A stretch of DNA of 64,000 nucleotides from Candidatus Kerfeldbacteria bacterium (lineage in GTDB: Bacteria > Patescibacteriota > Patescibacteriia > SBBC01 > CAIJZX01): assembly GCA_903825245.1 (NCBI GenBank), contig CAIJZX010000014.1, forward strand, positions 1,655 through 65,654, in the 5' to 3' direction. Position numbers and translations under genes: made by a program. The first letter of the stretch is position 1. Every line of letters begins with the position of its first letter. This document shows, one piece after another, positions 43,801 through 54,345 of this stretch. The notes under the pieces are model-generated. The model was given only the letters and a program-made list of their open reading frames with translations, ran no database searches and was not told the origin of the DNA.

Positions 43801-45451
43801 GTGGTCGTTGATCGTATGATAAAGTTGATGAATAACTTCGCGCAGCAACTCCTAAGATGTCTGCACTCGGTGCCATAATGTCAATTTGTGACCCATAATT
43901 TGAACCTTTCTTTTGCCCCAAAAAATTTGTATACAACCAACGCCCTTTGTCCGGCTGCACACCACCAACAAGAATAACGTTTTCATTCGTTTGTGGCTGT
44001 AGACCTGAACCATCTAGCTGAATATCGTCATTACCAGTCGCTGTGACAAGTGCCGTACCCGCCGCAGCACTATCTTCGAGAGCTACGCTGATGAGGTAGT
44101 TGTCCGATTGTTGACTATACCAGCTCATGTTTATCACATCTGCGCCATTGTTGGTTGCATATCGAATAGCGGCTGCAAGTGTTGTCGACGTATTCACCAC
44201 ACCGTCACTATTCTGTGCCACAACTGGCATCAACGTACAATTTGGACATATACCAGCCATTCCATATGGCTGCACGGTGTCGGTGTTTGCAACAGCAACA
44301 CTCGCCACAATACTTCCGTGGTGAGTCGTATCAGTGGGACCCTGAGTTGGATTATTTTGTAGACTGTTCGTGGCGGTGGCGTAGTCGAAATTCATGCCAT
44401 TGATATCATCAATGTACCCATTGCCATCGTTATCTTTTCCATCGACATCGCCGCCAATGTTAACTGATTTTCCATAGCAATCTAGGTGCGTTGAAAAATC
44501 GGTGCTCGGCCAATAATCCGCACAACCATTATGGTTGATATCTTCTAGGCTATTGAGCCAGATTCTATTCTGAAATTCAGGATGAGAATAGTCTATCCCC
44601 GAATCAACAATGGCAATGATTGTTGCTGGACTACCTTTGGTAATCGCCCAAGCCGACTGAACATTTACAGCACTAAGGTCCCACTGGTTGGGCACGGCGC
44701 TATTTTCGCCCGTACTATCATCAAGGTACCCAATAGTACACGAATACGGATCATTCGGATTGGTACAACCGGTGGCTGTTGCACCGCTTTCGCCACCGCC
44801 AGTTTCCCCTCCGGCTACCGGAGCTGTCGTTTTTACAGAGTCAAGCGTAGAAAAGCCATTGGCGCTCGCCGATTCCACATTTCCCTTATCAGACTTCAAT
44901 TGTTGCACCATCTGCGCCACATCCGCATCCACTTCGGTTGTTGTTAAGACGTACCACTGTCCCATCCCGAGCTTGTCGTAAGTCACGTTCGGATCCTTAG
45001 CATCTTTCCTGGCAAGGATCTTATTCTTGACGTCATCAGCAATTATTACCTTTGGAAAGACTTGTTGGATGTTCTTTTGGTGTAGAGTGAGAGTTTGTTG
45101 GGTGAAGCTCTTGGGGATAGCTTTGACTGACGTATCCGAACTCGGTACCAGTTTTCCGGTTTTTGTATTTTTATAAACCGTTTGCTTTTTTGTTAGCAGT
45201 TTTGAAACAACTTCCGTCGGATTTTTTCCCGCCTTTATCTTAAAAACAACCTGCGCAGGAGCGTAGGTACCAGCGGTAAGGGGTTGAAGTGGTGGAAGTA
45301 CCTGTTGGTTCATAGCGCTCGGCAAAAGAATCGCAGCAAACGCTAAAACAGCGGCACCAGCCGTTAGGCTGATGATACTAAGCGCTCGACGTGTGCCGAG
45401 ACGTTCGGATATTTTTTCACGCAGGGTTGCCACTTGTTCGGTTGCTTTCAT
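40805..45451 (-). CDS. Giant (1548 aa) membrane-anchored/secreted subtilisin-like S8 serine peptidase with multiple Ig/FN3-like beta-domains
   Basis: N-terminal TM anchor. The catalytic triad sits in IVDSGIDYSHPEF (Asp), HGSIVASVAVAN (His) and GTSFAAPIVSGIVG (Ser), and is followed by ~800 aa of Thr/Ser/Gly-rich beta-repeat domains. Confidence 0.85.
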   Translation of the reverse strand: MKATEQVATLREKISERLGTRRALSIISLTAGAAVLAFAAILLPSAMNQQVLPPLQPLTAGTYAPAQVVFKIKAGKNPTEVVSKLLTKKQTVYKNTKTGKLVPSSDTSVKAIPKSFTQQTLTLHQKNIQQVFPKVIIADDVKNKILARKDAKDPNVTYDKLGMGQWYVLTTTEVDADVAQMVQQLKSDKGNVESASANGFSTLDSVKTTAPVAGGETGGGESGATATGCTNPNDPYSCTIGYLDDSTGENSAVPNQWDLSAVNVQSAWAITKGSPATIIAIVDSGIDYSHPEFQNRIWLNSLEDINHNGCADYWPSTDFSTHLDCYGKSVNIGGDVDGKDNDGNGYIDDINGMNFDYATATNSLQNNPTQGPTDTTHHGSIVASVAVANTDTVQPYGMAGICPNCTLMPVVAQNSDGVVNTSTTLAAAIRYATNNGADVINMSWYSQQSDNYLISVALEDSAAAGTALVTATGNDDIQLDGSGLQPQTNENVILVGGVQPDKGRWLYTNFLGQKKGSNYGSQIDIMAPSADILGVAARSYSSTLSYDQRPLLDDVTKCIEPIYYHDTCGAVQNLSGTGSNQYFFYDEGTSFAAPIVSGIVGLIKSVNPALSLYDIKQILETTATTMHDVTDESGVLQNFPGTWNQYSGYGLVNAQAAVKQAFDRRPDFSFTSFAAMAGSQPVVDKGSNKLGLDLWVDNAGWTSAKNVPYRIINTDTNTTVYNGFVYYLNGGSGGSLVDTVTVPSGITMPTHVKIVMDPDNRYSEPFETDNTSPIITVLQFGVPYINHVDPPRINYGSTATFTVTASDANTAASDLTISVVESSKPVGSTYNATNKTFSWTPDATQASGIYAPEFMVVDPGGLTSTKAIPIAFNNQSALAISAITSYTTLTYSGVTWTTSRPADKQIDLGTTTEYGTTYYVSESLTSHRWDFATEPGTTYHYKLTSCTTGSPKTCSSTSDQIITTPALPPPPALSNYAVKLILDQWPYAVQVSWDTDIPSVGTSYLTVPGMGTYTYPDPAGAVTHHSMILPVSPSTTYLTRIMSCNTTIPAQNQLCTQSTILEITTPGMQSPPAPRVFFTGDKATVAWSCDAKQTTGYAVLLPWYSQSESSTLGAPVISGISWMPAAPGLSYEGRVNWSTDINSDTTVEYGLDTNYGYTQHASYQEKGHQVEINNSAVNGKLKHFRVRSCTSDGKCTTSSDQLLNPAITFSGMTPVVTFLVAPNTTYTYNMYGTIWTGYGNGTANYWCQNMKVMNFTTPSANPPPVFDTTPSQTAYVGIPFSVQVHATDPDGTAVTYVATALPSGVTFNSTSATLTWTPTAADLGKTKSATIWATDGGQQSQSLTVNITAAPLPPPTVALTSPLAGQPYAGVLNFSASASVPDGIKQVEFYLQGQTTPFATDTTAPYAAAFDVSHYLTPTNLSGYAVAVSNSGLKTSSASVSFTVFGGTDTTPPVVSIISPKDGNPTAYPSVFKANITDNVGVASSRFYFDCTLPSIHYCPFTYVGAPYTLQLTYTNAFAPGSSHTLQVEAYDYAGNTTLSPVVHFWVN

Positions 45452-45494
45452 CCTTGTTGTGGGTTTCGACGAAAATACTTTTATTTCTCAGAGT

Positions 45495-45523
45495 ATTATA
45501 TCAAAAAAAGTTGTGTTTGTCAA
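45495..45523 (-). promoter_or_regulatory. Perfect-consensus promoter TTGACA-N17-TATAAT (- strand) for the S8 peptidase gene
   Basis: Read on the reverse strand: TTGACAaacacaactttttttgaTATAAT, about 37 nt upstream of the ATG at 45451. Confidence 0.5.
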
Positions 45524-45596
45524 TGTTTTATATATACAAATACTCCCATGGAAGTTCCATGGGAATACATGTTTCTTCAGTCTGAGCGTCGTGTCC

Positions 45597-45650
45597 TCAC
45601 CAGGGCACCTGCTCCTCCTCTGGTTAGGAGGAGCCCGGAGCTATGCTCCG
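45597..45650 (-). terminator. Tandem hairpins after the rpoC stop (CCGGAGC-ATA-GCTCCGG and GCTCCTCCT-AACCA-GAGGAGGAGC)
   Basis: Two perfect stems on the - strand within 60 nt of the rpoC stop, with weak T-tracts. The second is a CT/GA-rich palindrome related to the dispersed family. Confidence 0.4.
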
Positions 45651-45662
45651 GAAAAGGTGGTC

Positions 45663-48600
45663 TTACGCCGCCGCTTCAGCGAGAAGTTCTTCTGCTTCCA
45701 TTCGTCGTTGATGTGATTCGAATCCGGTACCGGCTGGGATGAGTTTTCCGATAATCACGTTTTCTTTCAACCCGCGGAGCGGGTCTATCTTCCCCGAGAC
45801 CGCGGCGTCAATCAGCACGCGCGCAGTTTCTTGGAACGACGCAGCTGAGAGCCAGCTTTCCGTCGAGAGCGATGACTTCGTGACGCCGAGCAGGAGCGAT
45901 TCGATTTCCGGCGGAGCTTTCTTCGCTTTCTTCATCTTGACCATAATGTCCTCAGCCACTGCGCGGTCAACGATTTCACCGACCACCAGGTTGCTGTCGC
46001 CGGCCGACTTGATGTAGGCGCGGGAGAACATTTGGCGAACAATGATTTCGATGTGTTTATCGTTCAGGTATTGGCCTTGCGAGGAGTAGATGAATTGGAT
46101 TTCCTTGATGATATACTTCTGCACCGCTTGTCGGCTCTGCAGGGCGTACAGTTCATGCAAGTTGATCGAACCGTCGGTCAATATTGCGCCTTCATCGACC
46201 AGATCGCCTTGCTTCACGCGGAGCGACGAGTTGCCGATCAGTTCCAAATCGGTCGATGTTTCGTGTTCGAATTCGACGTAGAGTGCCGTCGGCGCCATTT
46301 TCACTTTGCCGTCGCGTTCAGCGGTAATATTCTTCTCGCCGATCGTCATCAGGAGATCGCCAGCTTTGACCGCTTCGCCGTCCTTGACCTTGATATCCGC
46401 TTTAGCCTTGGCCCGTGCTTTCGGCAGATCATAACGGTCACTGCCAGTGGCTTGGTGCATAATCTTGATCAGCTTCTGTTCACCGGTTGTATCAATGCTG
46501 ATGCGGCCAGCAACGGTCGCTAAAAGCGCCGGAGATTTCACAGGACGCGCTTCGAAGAGTTCTTCGACTCGTGGTAAACCTTGGGTGATATCGTCGCCGC
46601 CAGCCACACCGCCAGTGTGGAAGGTTCGCATCGTCAGTTGAGTACCAGGTTCGCCGATGGACTGAGCGGCGATTATACCGACCGCTGTTCCGATCGCCAC
46701 CATATCATTACGCGCCAAGTCGTAGCCATAACACGACCGACAGACGCCGCGCGCGGCTTTACAAGAGAGCACCGAACGAATCGTGGCTTCGGTAATCGTC
46801 GACTTCTTCAGTTTTTCCGTCATCTTCGCCGTTACAATTTCACCGCTCTTTACGAGCACCTTACCCTTCGTGTCGACAAGATCAGCCGCCATTACTCGGC
46901 CGGTGATTCGGGCTAACAGTTCATAGCCCATGTCTTCGCTTTCCTGTTGAGTAATAGTGTGTCCGATGGTGTCGCCACAATTTTCGTGGTTGATAACCAC
47001 GTCTTGCGAGACATCGACTAATCGACGCGTGAGGTAACCAGCATTCGCTGTTTTCAACGCCGTGTCAGTCAACCCTTTACGAGCACCGTGGGTCGAGATG
47101 AAATATTCAAGAACATCGAAGCCTTCTTTGAAGCTTGCTTTGACTGGCAACTCCATGGTTCGGCCTGACGGGCTGGCCACTAAACCTTTCATACCCATCA
47201 TCTGTGTCGTTTGGGCCCACGAGCCTCGAGCTTTCGAGTTAATCATCATGTAGACTGAGCCCAGTTTATTCAGTGCCGCCTTCGATGCGGCTTGAACTTC
47301 TTCTTTGGCCGCCGTCCAGGTAGTGATAACACGAACGTAACGCTCAGCTTCGGTCAATAAACCAGCATCAAACGCTTCTTGAATTTCTTCGATGTGTTTA
47401 TTCGCGGTGGCGATGATTTGCGGCTTCTCTTTCGGTACTTCCAAGTCGCTCATGCCCCAGGAAATTCCTGATTGGGTCACGTACTTGAAACCGAAATTTT
47501 TCACAGCATCGAGAAGCTCAACGGTACGATCTTGTCCTAATTCAACAAACGATCGGGAGACAAGCGATGACAACGCACCTTTGTCCATACTTTCGTTCAT
47601 GTAACCGAATTCTTTCGGCACTAACCGATTGAAAAGGACACGGCCGACGGTGGTTTCGATAAGTTCGTGATCGATGCGAATTTTGACCTTGGTTTGAACA
47701 CCAATATATCCAGATTCATAAGCGAGCGTCGCTTCGTCGGTGCTAGCAAAAACATAGTCCTTGCTGTCAGCAACTTGCGTCATGTAGTAGCAGCCCAACA
47801 CAATGTCCATGTTCGGCGTGACGACTGGCGTACCCGTCGCTGGTTTCAGTAAGTTCTTCGTTGACATCATCAGGTTTTCCGCTTCCCACTTTGCTTGCTC
47901 CGTTAACGGTACGTGGACGGCCATCTGGTCGCCGTCGAAGTCAGCGTTGAATGCCGAACAAACCAATGGGTGAACCTGAATAGCTTTACCTTCAATCAAG
48001 ATTGGGTGGAAAGCCTGAATACCGAGGCGGTGCAACGTAGGGGCGCGGTTGAGGAATACGGTTGCGCCTTTGGTCACTTCTTCAAGAATATCCCACACCT
48101 CGGCATGACCGGCCTCGATATACCGACCAGCAGAGCGAACATTGTGAACGTACTCGCGCTTGATGAGTTGAGAAATAACGAATGGTCGGAATAATTCTAA
48201 TGCCATGCGCTTCGGCAAACCGCACTGGTCAAGTTTCAAGTACGAACCGATAACAATAACTGAGCGGCCAGAGTAGTCGACGCGCTTACCGAGCAAGTTC
48301 TGACGGAAACGACCTTGTTTCCCTTTCAACATGTCGGCAATCGAACGAAGCATACGCTTCTGCCCGGTTGAAGCGGTCACGGTTTTTCCATGACGAGCAC
48401 CATTGTCGATCAAGGCATCAACCGCTTCCTGCAACATGCGCTTTTCATTGCGGACGATGACCTCTGGCGCGTTCAATTCGAGTAAGCGCTTCAAACGATT
48501 ATTACGGTTGATGACGCGGCGATAAAGGTCGTTCAAATCGGAGGTGGCGAATCGTCCACCGTCGAGTTGCACCATCGGACGTAGATCCGGCGGAATAATC

Positions 48601-49538
48601 GGAAGCACGGTCATCACCATCCACTCCGGTCGAATGTTGTTGGCTTTCAAATTCTTGGCTAAACGTAAGCGACGAACAACGCGACGCTGTTTTGATTCAG
48701 TGACATCAATAACTTCCGCTTCCAAGCGCTGAATGAGAACGTCGAGATCCATTTTCGCCAGCAGACCGTGAATTCCTTCAGCACCAATGGACGCTTCAAA
48801 AACATGTCCGTACTTCAGTGACAGATCTTGATACGCCTGCTCGGTTAAAATTTGTAGTGGCGCCAGACTCTTCAATTCCTTGCGGGCGGTATCAACAGCC
48901 TCATCAAGGAGTTCGAGTTTTTCAATTTTCGCTAAGCCAAGATTCTGGATATCAACTTCCAATTTGGCTTTCGATTTTTCATCCGTCGCGGCCAATTGCT
49001 GTTGCTTCAGTTGGTTTGATTGCTGCTGAGCTTCGGCGTCAATCTGTTTCTTCTTGGAGGTAAATTCCCCATCCAATTGATTGAGTGTTTCGGCGCGCAA
49101 CGTATCATTAACCGAGGTAATGATAAAGTTGGCAAAATAAATAACTTTTTCTAAGTCTTGGACGCCCATGTCGAGCATTAAGCCGATTTTCGACGGTACA
49201 CCGCGGAGGAACCAGATGTGCGAGACCGGCGTAGCCAGGTTGATATGACCCATGCGTTCGCGGCGAACCACGGAACGCGTGACTTCAACACCGCACTTGT
49301 CGCAAACAATGCCTTTATAGCGGATGCGCTTGTACTTCCCGCAGAAACATTCCCAATCTTTGGATGGTCCGAAAATTTCTTCGGCAAACAATCCAGACTT
49401 TTCCGGTTTTTGCGTGCGGTAATTAATCGTTTCCGGCTTGGTGACTTCGCCGAATGACCAGCGATGAATATCTTCAGGTGACGCCACCTTCAATCGGATG
49501 GCTTTGAAATCGACGGCGTGAGCTTCTTCGTATGGCAT
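45663..49538 (-). CDS. rpoC: DNA-directed RNA polymerase subunit beta'
   Basis: Zinc-finger CxxC pairs near the N-terminus, the active-site NADFDGDQM motif, and trigger-loop and bridge-helix regions. 1291 aa. Confidence 0.96.
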   Translation of the reverse strand: MPYEEAHAVDFKAIRLKVASPEDIHRWSFGEVTKPETINYRTQKPEKSGLFAEEIFGPSKDWECFCGKYKRIRYKGIVCDKCGVEVTRSVVRRERMGHINLATPVSHIWFLRGVPSKIGLMLDMGVQDLEKVIYFANFIITSVNDTLRAETLNQLDGEFTSKKKQIDAEAQQQSNQLKQQQLAATDEKSKAKLEVDIQNLGLAKIEKLELLDEAVDTARKELKSLAPLQILTEQAYQDLSLKYGHVFEASIGAEGIHGLLAKMDLDVLIQRLEAEVIDVTESKQRRVVRRLRLAKNLKANNIRPEWMVMTVLPIIPPDLRPMVQLDGGRFATSDLNDLYRRVINRNNRLKRLLELNAPEVIVRNEKRMLQEAVDALIDNGARHGKTVTASTGQKRMLRSIADMLKGKQGRFRQNLLGKRVDYSGRSVIVIGSYLKLDQCGLPKRMALELFRPFVISQLIKREYVHNVRSAGRYIEAGHAEVWDILEEVTKGATVFLNRAPTLHRLGIQAFHPILIEGKAIQVHPLVCSAFNADFDGDQMAVHVPLTEQAKWEAENLMMSTKNLLKPATGTPVVTPNMDIVLGCYYMTQVADSKDYVFASTDEATLAYESGYIGVQTKVKIRIDHELIETTVGRVLFNRLVPKEFGYMNESMDKGALSSLVSRSFVELGQDRTVELLDAVKNFGFKYVTQSGISWGMSDLEVPKEKPQIIATANKHIEEIQEAFDAGLLTEAERYVRVITTWTAAKEEVQAASKAALNKLGSVYMMINSKARGSWAQTTQMMGMKGLVASPSGRTMELPVKASFKEGFDVLEYFISTHGARKGLTDTALKTANAGYLTRRLVDVSQDVVINHENCGDTIGHTITQQESEDMGYELLARITGRVMAADLVDTKGKVLVKSGEIVTAKMTEKLKKSTITEATIRSVLSCKAARGVCRSCYGYDLARNDMVAIGTAVGIIAAQSIGEPGTQLTMRTFHTGGVAGGDDITQGLPRVEELFEARPVKSPALLATVAGRISIDTTGEQKLIKIMHQATGSDRYDLPKARAKAKADIKVKDGEAVKAGDLLMTIGEKNITAERDGKVKMAPTALYVEFEHETSTDLELIGNSSLRVKQGDLVDEGAILTDGSINLHELYALQSRQAVQKYIIKEIQFIYSSQGQYLNDKHIEIIVRQMFSRAYIKSAGDSNLVVGEIVDRAVAEDIMVKMKKAKKAPPEIESLLLGVTKSSLSTESWLSAASFQETARVLIDAAVSGKIDPLRGLKENVIIGKLIPAGTGFESHQRRMEAEELLAEAAA

Positions 49539-49550
49539 AGGAGTGGTGGG

Positions 49551-52500
49551 TTAGGCTTCGACTTCTGGCGTCACCGGTTCGACGATCTCCGGTGTTTCTT
49601 CTTTCGGCGGCTCTTCAGCGATGAGCACATCCGGTGGAATTTCGTAAATGCGTTTCGGACGCTCCTCCTCTTCCGGGGCAATTTGCGCACCAATCAGATC
49701 AACCTCAAGACCAAGACCTTTCAATTCGCGCACCAAGACGTTGAATGACTCCGGCACATTGAGACGCTTGATTGGCTCGCCCTTGATCACCGATTCATAG
49801 GCCTTCGATCGTCCCGGGACATCGTCCGATTTGATGGTCAGAATTTCTTGCAGTGTTGAGGCCGCTCCGTACGCTTCTAATGCCCAGACTTCCATTTCGC
49901 CGAAACGTTGGCCGCCGAATTGGGCTTTTCCGCCGAGCGGCTGCTGCGTCACGAGTGAGTACGGACCGATCGAGCGTTGGTGGATCTTGTCTTCGACAAG
50001 GTGGTTCAGTTTCAAGACGTACATCACACCGACAGTCACCAGAAGATCGAACGGTTGTCCGGTGCGTCCATTGTACACCGTCATTTTACCGTCGCGCGGC
50101 AATCCGGCTTCAACCAAGAGATCTTTAATCTTCTCTTCCGGTACACCGTCGAGCACAGGCGAAGCGACGCGGAAACCGAGTCGTTTTGCCGCAATACCGA
50201 GGTGTGTTTCCAGAATCTGCCCCAGGTTCATACGGGAAGCCACGCCGAGCGGATTGAGAATAATATCAACCGGCGTTCCATCGGCGAGATACGGCATGTC
50301 TTCAACAGCCACAATACGGGAAATGACGCCTTTATTGCCGTGGCGACCGGCCATCTTGTCGCCGACTTGGATTTTCCGGAGCTGGGCGACGGAGATTTGG
50401 ATTTGCTTGATCACGCCGGCCGGCAACTTATCGCCCTTCTCTCGGGAGAAGACTTTGATGTCGACGACCTTGCCGTGCTCGCCGTGCTCTAAGTACAATG
50501 AGGAATCTTTAACGTCCTTCGCTTTATCGCCGAAAATCGCGCGGAGCAATTTTTCTTCGGCTGATAATTCCGTTTCACCTTTCGGTGTAATTTTTCCGAC
50601 CAAGATATCGCCAGAAGCGACTTGGGCGCCGATGCGCACCACGCCTTCTTCATCGAGATCTTTCAATTTCTCTTCGGAAATATTCGGAATATCGCGGGTC
50701 ACAACCTCCGGTCCAAGCTTCGTGTCGCGGACGTCGATTGTGTAATCTTCAATGTGGATCGAGGTGTAGCGATCTTGGTGGACGACGCGCTCAGAGATCA
50801 GAATAGCGTCTTCGTAGTTGCCGCCTTCCCAGGGGATAAAAGCCACCACCAAGTTTTGACCAAGAGCTAATTCACCGTTATCCGTCGCGGCGCCGTCAGC
50901 GAGTAGCGCTCCCCGCTCGATTTTCTGTCCCGGCATGACAACCGCTTTCTGGTTGATCGACGTTGAAGCATTTGAGCGGAAGAAGTTGCGGAGATGGTAA
51001 ATGCGGATATTGCCGTCTTCTTCTTGCACCTGTATTTCATTGGCCTGAACCTTGATCACCGTACCGGCCTTCTGCGACAGAATAACTTGGCCCGAATCAG
51101 CGGCCGCGCGTCCTTCAACGCCCGTACCGACGATTGGCGCATCCGGTTTGATGCAAGAAACCGCCTGTCGTTGCATGTTCGTTCCCATTAAAGCGCGAAC
51201 AGCATCATCGTGTTCGAGGAACGGGATCAACGAGGTAGCGATAGAAACAATTTGCTTTGGCGATACATCCATATAATCAATGGTCTCGACGCCGGCGATC
51301 GTTGGCTCACCGTGCAATCGGACTTCAGCCGTCGGTTTGAGGAAGTGGCCGTTATCATCAAGTTCTGTCGTAGCTGCCGTCGTGACAAAACGTTCTTCTG
51401 TAAAAGCGTCGAGATAAATAACATCTTTCGTCGATCGCGGCTTAACGGCAATCTTCGGGCGGTCAGTCGATTTCAAGAGTTTCGCTTGTGCGGCGGTAAT
51501 TTTTTCACCGGCCTTCACAATTGCGTCCATATCTTCACGTGCGATTTCTCCGACGGCCGCCTCACCATTGTTCGGCACATCGTGAACCACTTTTCGGAAC
51601 GGCGTTTCGATAAAACCGTAGTCATTAACCCGTGCGTAGCTGGACAAGTGTCCAACGAGACCGATATTCGGTCCTTCCGGCGTAGCGATCGGACAGATGC
51701 GGCCGTAGTGCGTGCGGTGCACGTCGCGAACATCGAATCCGGCGCGTTCGCGTGATAAACCGCCTGGACCCATGGCCGAGAGGCGGCGTTTGTGTTCGAG
51801 TTCGGCTAACGGATTCGTCTGGTCCATGAACTGCGACAATTGCGAGCTCATGAAAAATTCCTTGATCGAACCGATGACCGGTCGAGCATTGATCAGCTGG
51901 TTCGGTGTTAAGGTGTTGATGTCCAAGGTGGACATGCGATCCTTAATGATGCGCTCCATACGCGCTAAACCGACGCGGAATTTATTCTGAACGAGTTCGC
52001 CGATCGCACGGACGCGACGATTGCCGAGGTGGTCGATATCGTCCGGTTCGTGTTGCGAATTGTTCAGTCGGATAATTTCTTTGATGATTTCGATGAGGTC
52101 GCTCTTTTGCAAGACGCGATATTCCGGTGTATTCGGGAAATCAAAATTGAATCGGGTGTTCAACTTGTAGCGACCGACGCGACCGAAATCGTAACGATCG
52201 AAAGAGAAGAACATTTTGTGAATGAGATCACGAGCATTGTCGACCGTAGCGAGATCGCCCGGACGAATACGCTTGTAGACTTCTTTCAAACCTTCGGCTT
52301 CATCGTGCGAGGTGTCCTTGGCAATCGTCGCTTCGAAATACTTCATCTTCGGATTAATATCGACATCTTTGAAGAGGTCGAAAATTTCCGCATCTGTCGC
52401 GTACCCGAATGCCCGGAGGAAAGCAGAGATGGCGACTTTGCGTTTGCGGTCAATCTTCACTGAAATCACGCCGTTGACGTCTGTTTCTAATTCCAGCCAA

Positions 52501-52991
52501 GCGCCGCGGTTCGGAATAATCTTCGCCCCGTAGTAACGGCGACCGCGAACTGCTTCCGCGGTAAAAAACACGCCCGCGGAGCGGATGAGCTGTGAAACAA
52601 CGACGCGTTCGATGCCGTTGACGATAAACGTCCCGCGATCCGTCATCAACGGAAAATCGCCGAGGTAGATTTCTTGTTCTTTAATTTCTCCGGTTTTCTT
52701 GTTGACCAAGCGGACTTGTACCCGCAGCGCCGCTTCGTAGGTCACATTTTTCGCCTTGGCTGCCACTTCGTCGAACTTCGGTTCGTCGAGGTAGTAGTCG
52801 AGGAACGATAACTCCAGGTCGCGTCCGATAAAATCCCGCACTGGCGAGATTTCTTCGAACAACTCCTTTAAACCATCGCGGAAAAACCAGTCGTAGCTTC
52901 GTTGTTGAATCTCAATGAGATTCGGCAACGGCGTTGCCTCATGCAACTTCGTAAAGTACTTCCGCTCGGCCTGTAACATTTGGTCAGACAT
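49551..52991 (-). CDS. rpoB: DNA-directed RNA polymerase subunit beta
   Basis: Conserved beta-subunit blocks (rifampicin-cluster region ...FFGSSQLSQFMDQTNPL..., GEMEVWALEAYGA). 1146 aa. Confidence 0.96.
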   Translation of the reverse strand: MSDQMLQAERKYFTKLHEATPLPNLIEIQQRSYDWFFRDGLKELFEEISPVRDFIGRDLELSFLDYYLDEPKFDEVAAKAKNVTYEAALRVQVRLVNKKTGEIKEQEIYLGDFPLMTDRGTFIVNGIERVVVSQLIRSAGVFFTAEAVRGRRYYGAKIIPNRGAWLELETDVNGVISVKIDRKRKVAISAFLRAFGYATDAEIFDLFKDVDINPKMKYFEATIAKDTSHDEAEGLKEVYKRIRPGDLATVDNARDLIHKMFFSFDRYDFGRVGRYKLNTRFNFDFPNTPEYRVLQKSDLIEIIKEIIRLNNSQHEPDDIDHLGNRRVRAIGELVQNKFRVGLARMERIIKDRMSTLDINTLTPNQLINARPVIGSIKEFFMSSQLSQFMDQTNPLAELEHKRRLSAMGPGGLSRERAGFDVRDVHRTHYGRICPIATPEGPNIGLVGHLSSYARVNDYGFIETPFRKVVHDVPNNGEAAVGEIAREDMDAIVKAGEKITAAQAKLLKSTDRPKIAVKPRSTKDVIYLDAFTEERFVTTAATTELDDNGHFLKPTAEVRLHGEPTIAGVETIDYMDVSPKQIVSIATSLIPFLEHDDAVRALMGTNMQRQAVSCIKPDAPIVGTGVEGRAAADSGQVILSQKAGTVIKVQANEIQVQEEDGNIRIYHLRNFFRSNASTSINQKAVVMPGQKIERGALLADGAATDNGELALGQNLVVAFIPWEGGNYEDAILISERVVHQDRYTSIHIEDYTIDVRDTKLGPEVVTRDIPNISEEKLKDLDEEGVVRIGAQVASGDILVGKITPKGETELSAEEKLLRAIFGDKAKDVKDSSLYLEHGEHGKVVDIKVFSREKGDKLPAGVIKQIQISVAQLRKIQVGDKMAGRHGNKGVISRIVAVEDMPYLADGTPVDIILNPLGVASRMNLGQILETHLGIAAKRLGFRVASPVLDGVPEEKIKDLLVEAGLPRDGKMTVYNGRTGQPFDLLVTVGVMYVLKLNHLVEDKIHQRSIGPYSLVTQQPLGGKAQFGGQRFGEMEVWALEAYGAASTLQEILTIKSDDVPGRSKAYESVIKGEPIKRLNVPESFNVLVRELKGLGLEVDLIGAQIAPEEEERPKRIYEIPPDVLIAEEPPKEETPEIVEPVTPEVEA

Positions 52992-53272
52992 GAAAATACC
53001 CCCATCCTCTCTCGGGCAAGAGAGGGGTTAATGTTGTTGAGATCTCGCCCCGCACCAGAGGCGTGTAGCGCTCAAAGGCGCTGAATATATGCTCAAAATA
53101 TAACTCAAAATACGCTTGATGAGGATACCAACATTTGACGTCTCTGTCAAGGATATTTGGGTTTTTCTGTCAAGTGCCTATTTTTTGGCTAACCTTAGCC
53201 ACGAAAACGTCTTTTCCCTAATCTTAGCCAAAAAATATCCCCATACTCTTCCCGAAGTTATCCACAGTTCAC

Positions 53273-53803
53273 CTACTTCTGACGGCTAATATAATTCTGT
53301 CGATCGAGGATTGCAGTTGTTACCCTTACCCGATCAAGAAACACCTTCCCCTGCAGATGGTCAAATTCATGTTGAATCACCCGTGCCAGCAAGCCCTTCG
53401 CCTCGAGAATAAATACCTCCCCATATTCATTGAGAGCCTCAATAGTTACCATGTTAGGCCGTTGTACAGGTGCAAACAACTGAGCATCTGCTACGCTTCC
53501 GCAACCCTCGTAATCGGTTTCCTGTTTTTTTGAGACATGAATAATGCGAGGATTAATGAAAACGCGTAGATGATCAAGTTGTTTTGGATTCTTGCGGGTT
53601 TCGGTTTTTCGAATTTCCGTTACAAAAATCTGCGCGCTAATGCCAATTTGCGGTGCGGCCATGCCCACAAGTTGATGATAACGCATTGAATCAATCAAAT
53701 CACGGACCATCTTTTTTGTTTTTACTGATTGCACATCTTTCACACGCAAAGCTTTTTTGCGAATTACCGGTTCACCGATTTGTGATGTATGGCGGATGAT
53801 CAT
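53273..53803 (-). CDS. def: Peptide deformylase
   Basis: GMAAPQIG, EGCGSV and QHEFDHLQG, the three PDF motifs. Confidence 0.88.
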   Translation of the reverse strand: MIIRHTSQIGEPVIRKKALRVKDVQSVKTKKMVRDLIDSMRYHQLVGMAAPQIGISAQIFVTEIRKTETRKNPKQLDHLRVFINPRIIHVSKKQETDYEGCGSVADAQLFAPVQRPNMVTIEALNEYGEVFILEAKGLLARVIQHEFDHLQGKVFLDRVRVTTAILDRQNYISRQK

Positions 53804-54345
53804 TTAGTTTTCTTTACTTTCAGTATGCCGAGTTTCAGTAATCCCCGATATACCGTTCTTGAATCCACTACTGCACCCTGCTGAATCATCTGCAAGAATT
53901 TCTTCATCGGTACCACCACAACTTCAATTAATTCAAACCGATCGTGTTTCGGTGGTTGCACAAATATTGCATCAGTCACAAGGTGGTGATACCACCACCC
54001 TTCAGACCAGGCATCGCTGTGACCTTTCCCCAACGGTTGCACGCGGCCGCGATAGCCGGTTTCTTCGAGAACCTCGCGCGCAACAGCTGATCGCGGTTTT
54101 TCACCTGATTCAATTGCTCCGCCGGGAACTTCTAACAGCATCCGCTCAATACCCGGACGGAATTGCTTCACCAGCACCACCCGCTTGTCTGTTGTTACCA
54201 CCAAGGCGCTAACAATATCGGGCGTATTATTGGTGTAAAAATCGCCAACCACGCCGGTCGGCAAACGAAACCGTTTCTTTCTGAGCGAACGGTAACGATT
54301 GATCGTGATTCTTTTATCACTCAGTTTTTTCCAAGCGAGGGTCAT
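53800..54345 (-). CDS. NUDIX hydrolase
   Basis: Nudix box GGAIESGEKPRSAVAREVLEETGY. It overlaps def by 4 nt. Confidence 0.8.
   Translation of the reverse strand: MTLAWKKLSDKRITINRYRSLRKKRFRLPTGVVGDFYTNNTPDIVSALVVTTDKRVVLVKQFRPGIERMLLEVPGGAIESGEKPRSAVAREVLEETGYRGRVQPLGKGHSDAWSEGWWYHHLVTDAIFVQPPKHDRFELIEVVVVPMKKFLQMIQQGAVVDSRTVYRGLLKLGILKVKKTK

Noticed and set aside
45663-52991. Numerous 60-300-aa ORFs antisense to or out of frame with rpoB and rpoC (for example 49831..50745 and 46032..46523)
   Set aside because: They lie inside two very well supported essential genes, have no start signals and are low-complexity. These are typical shadow ORFs.
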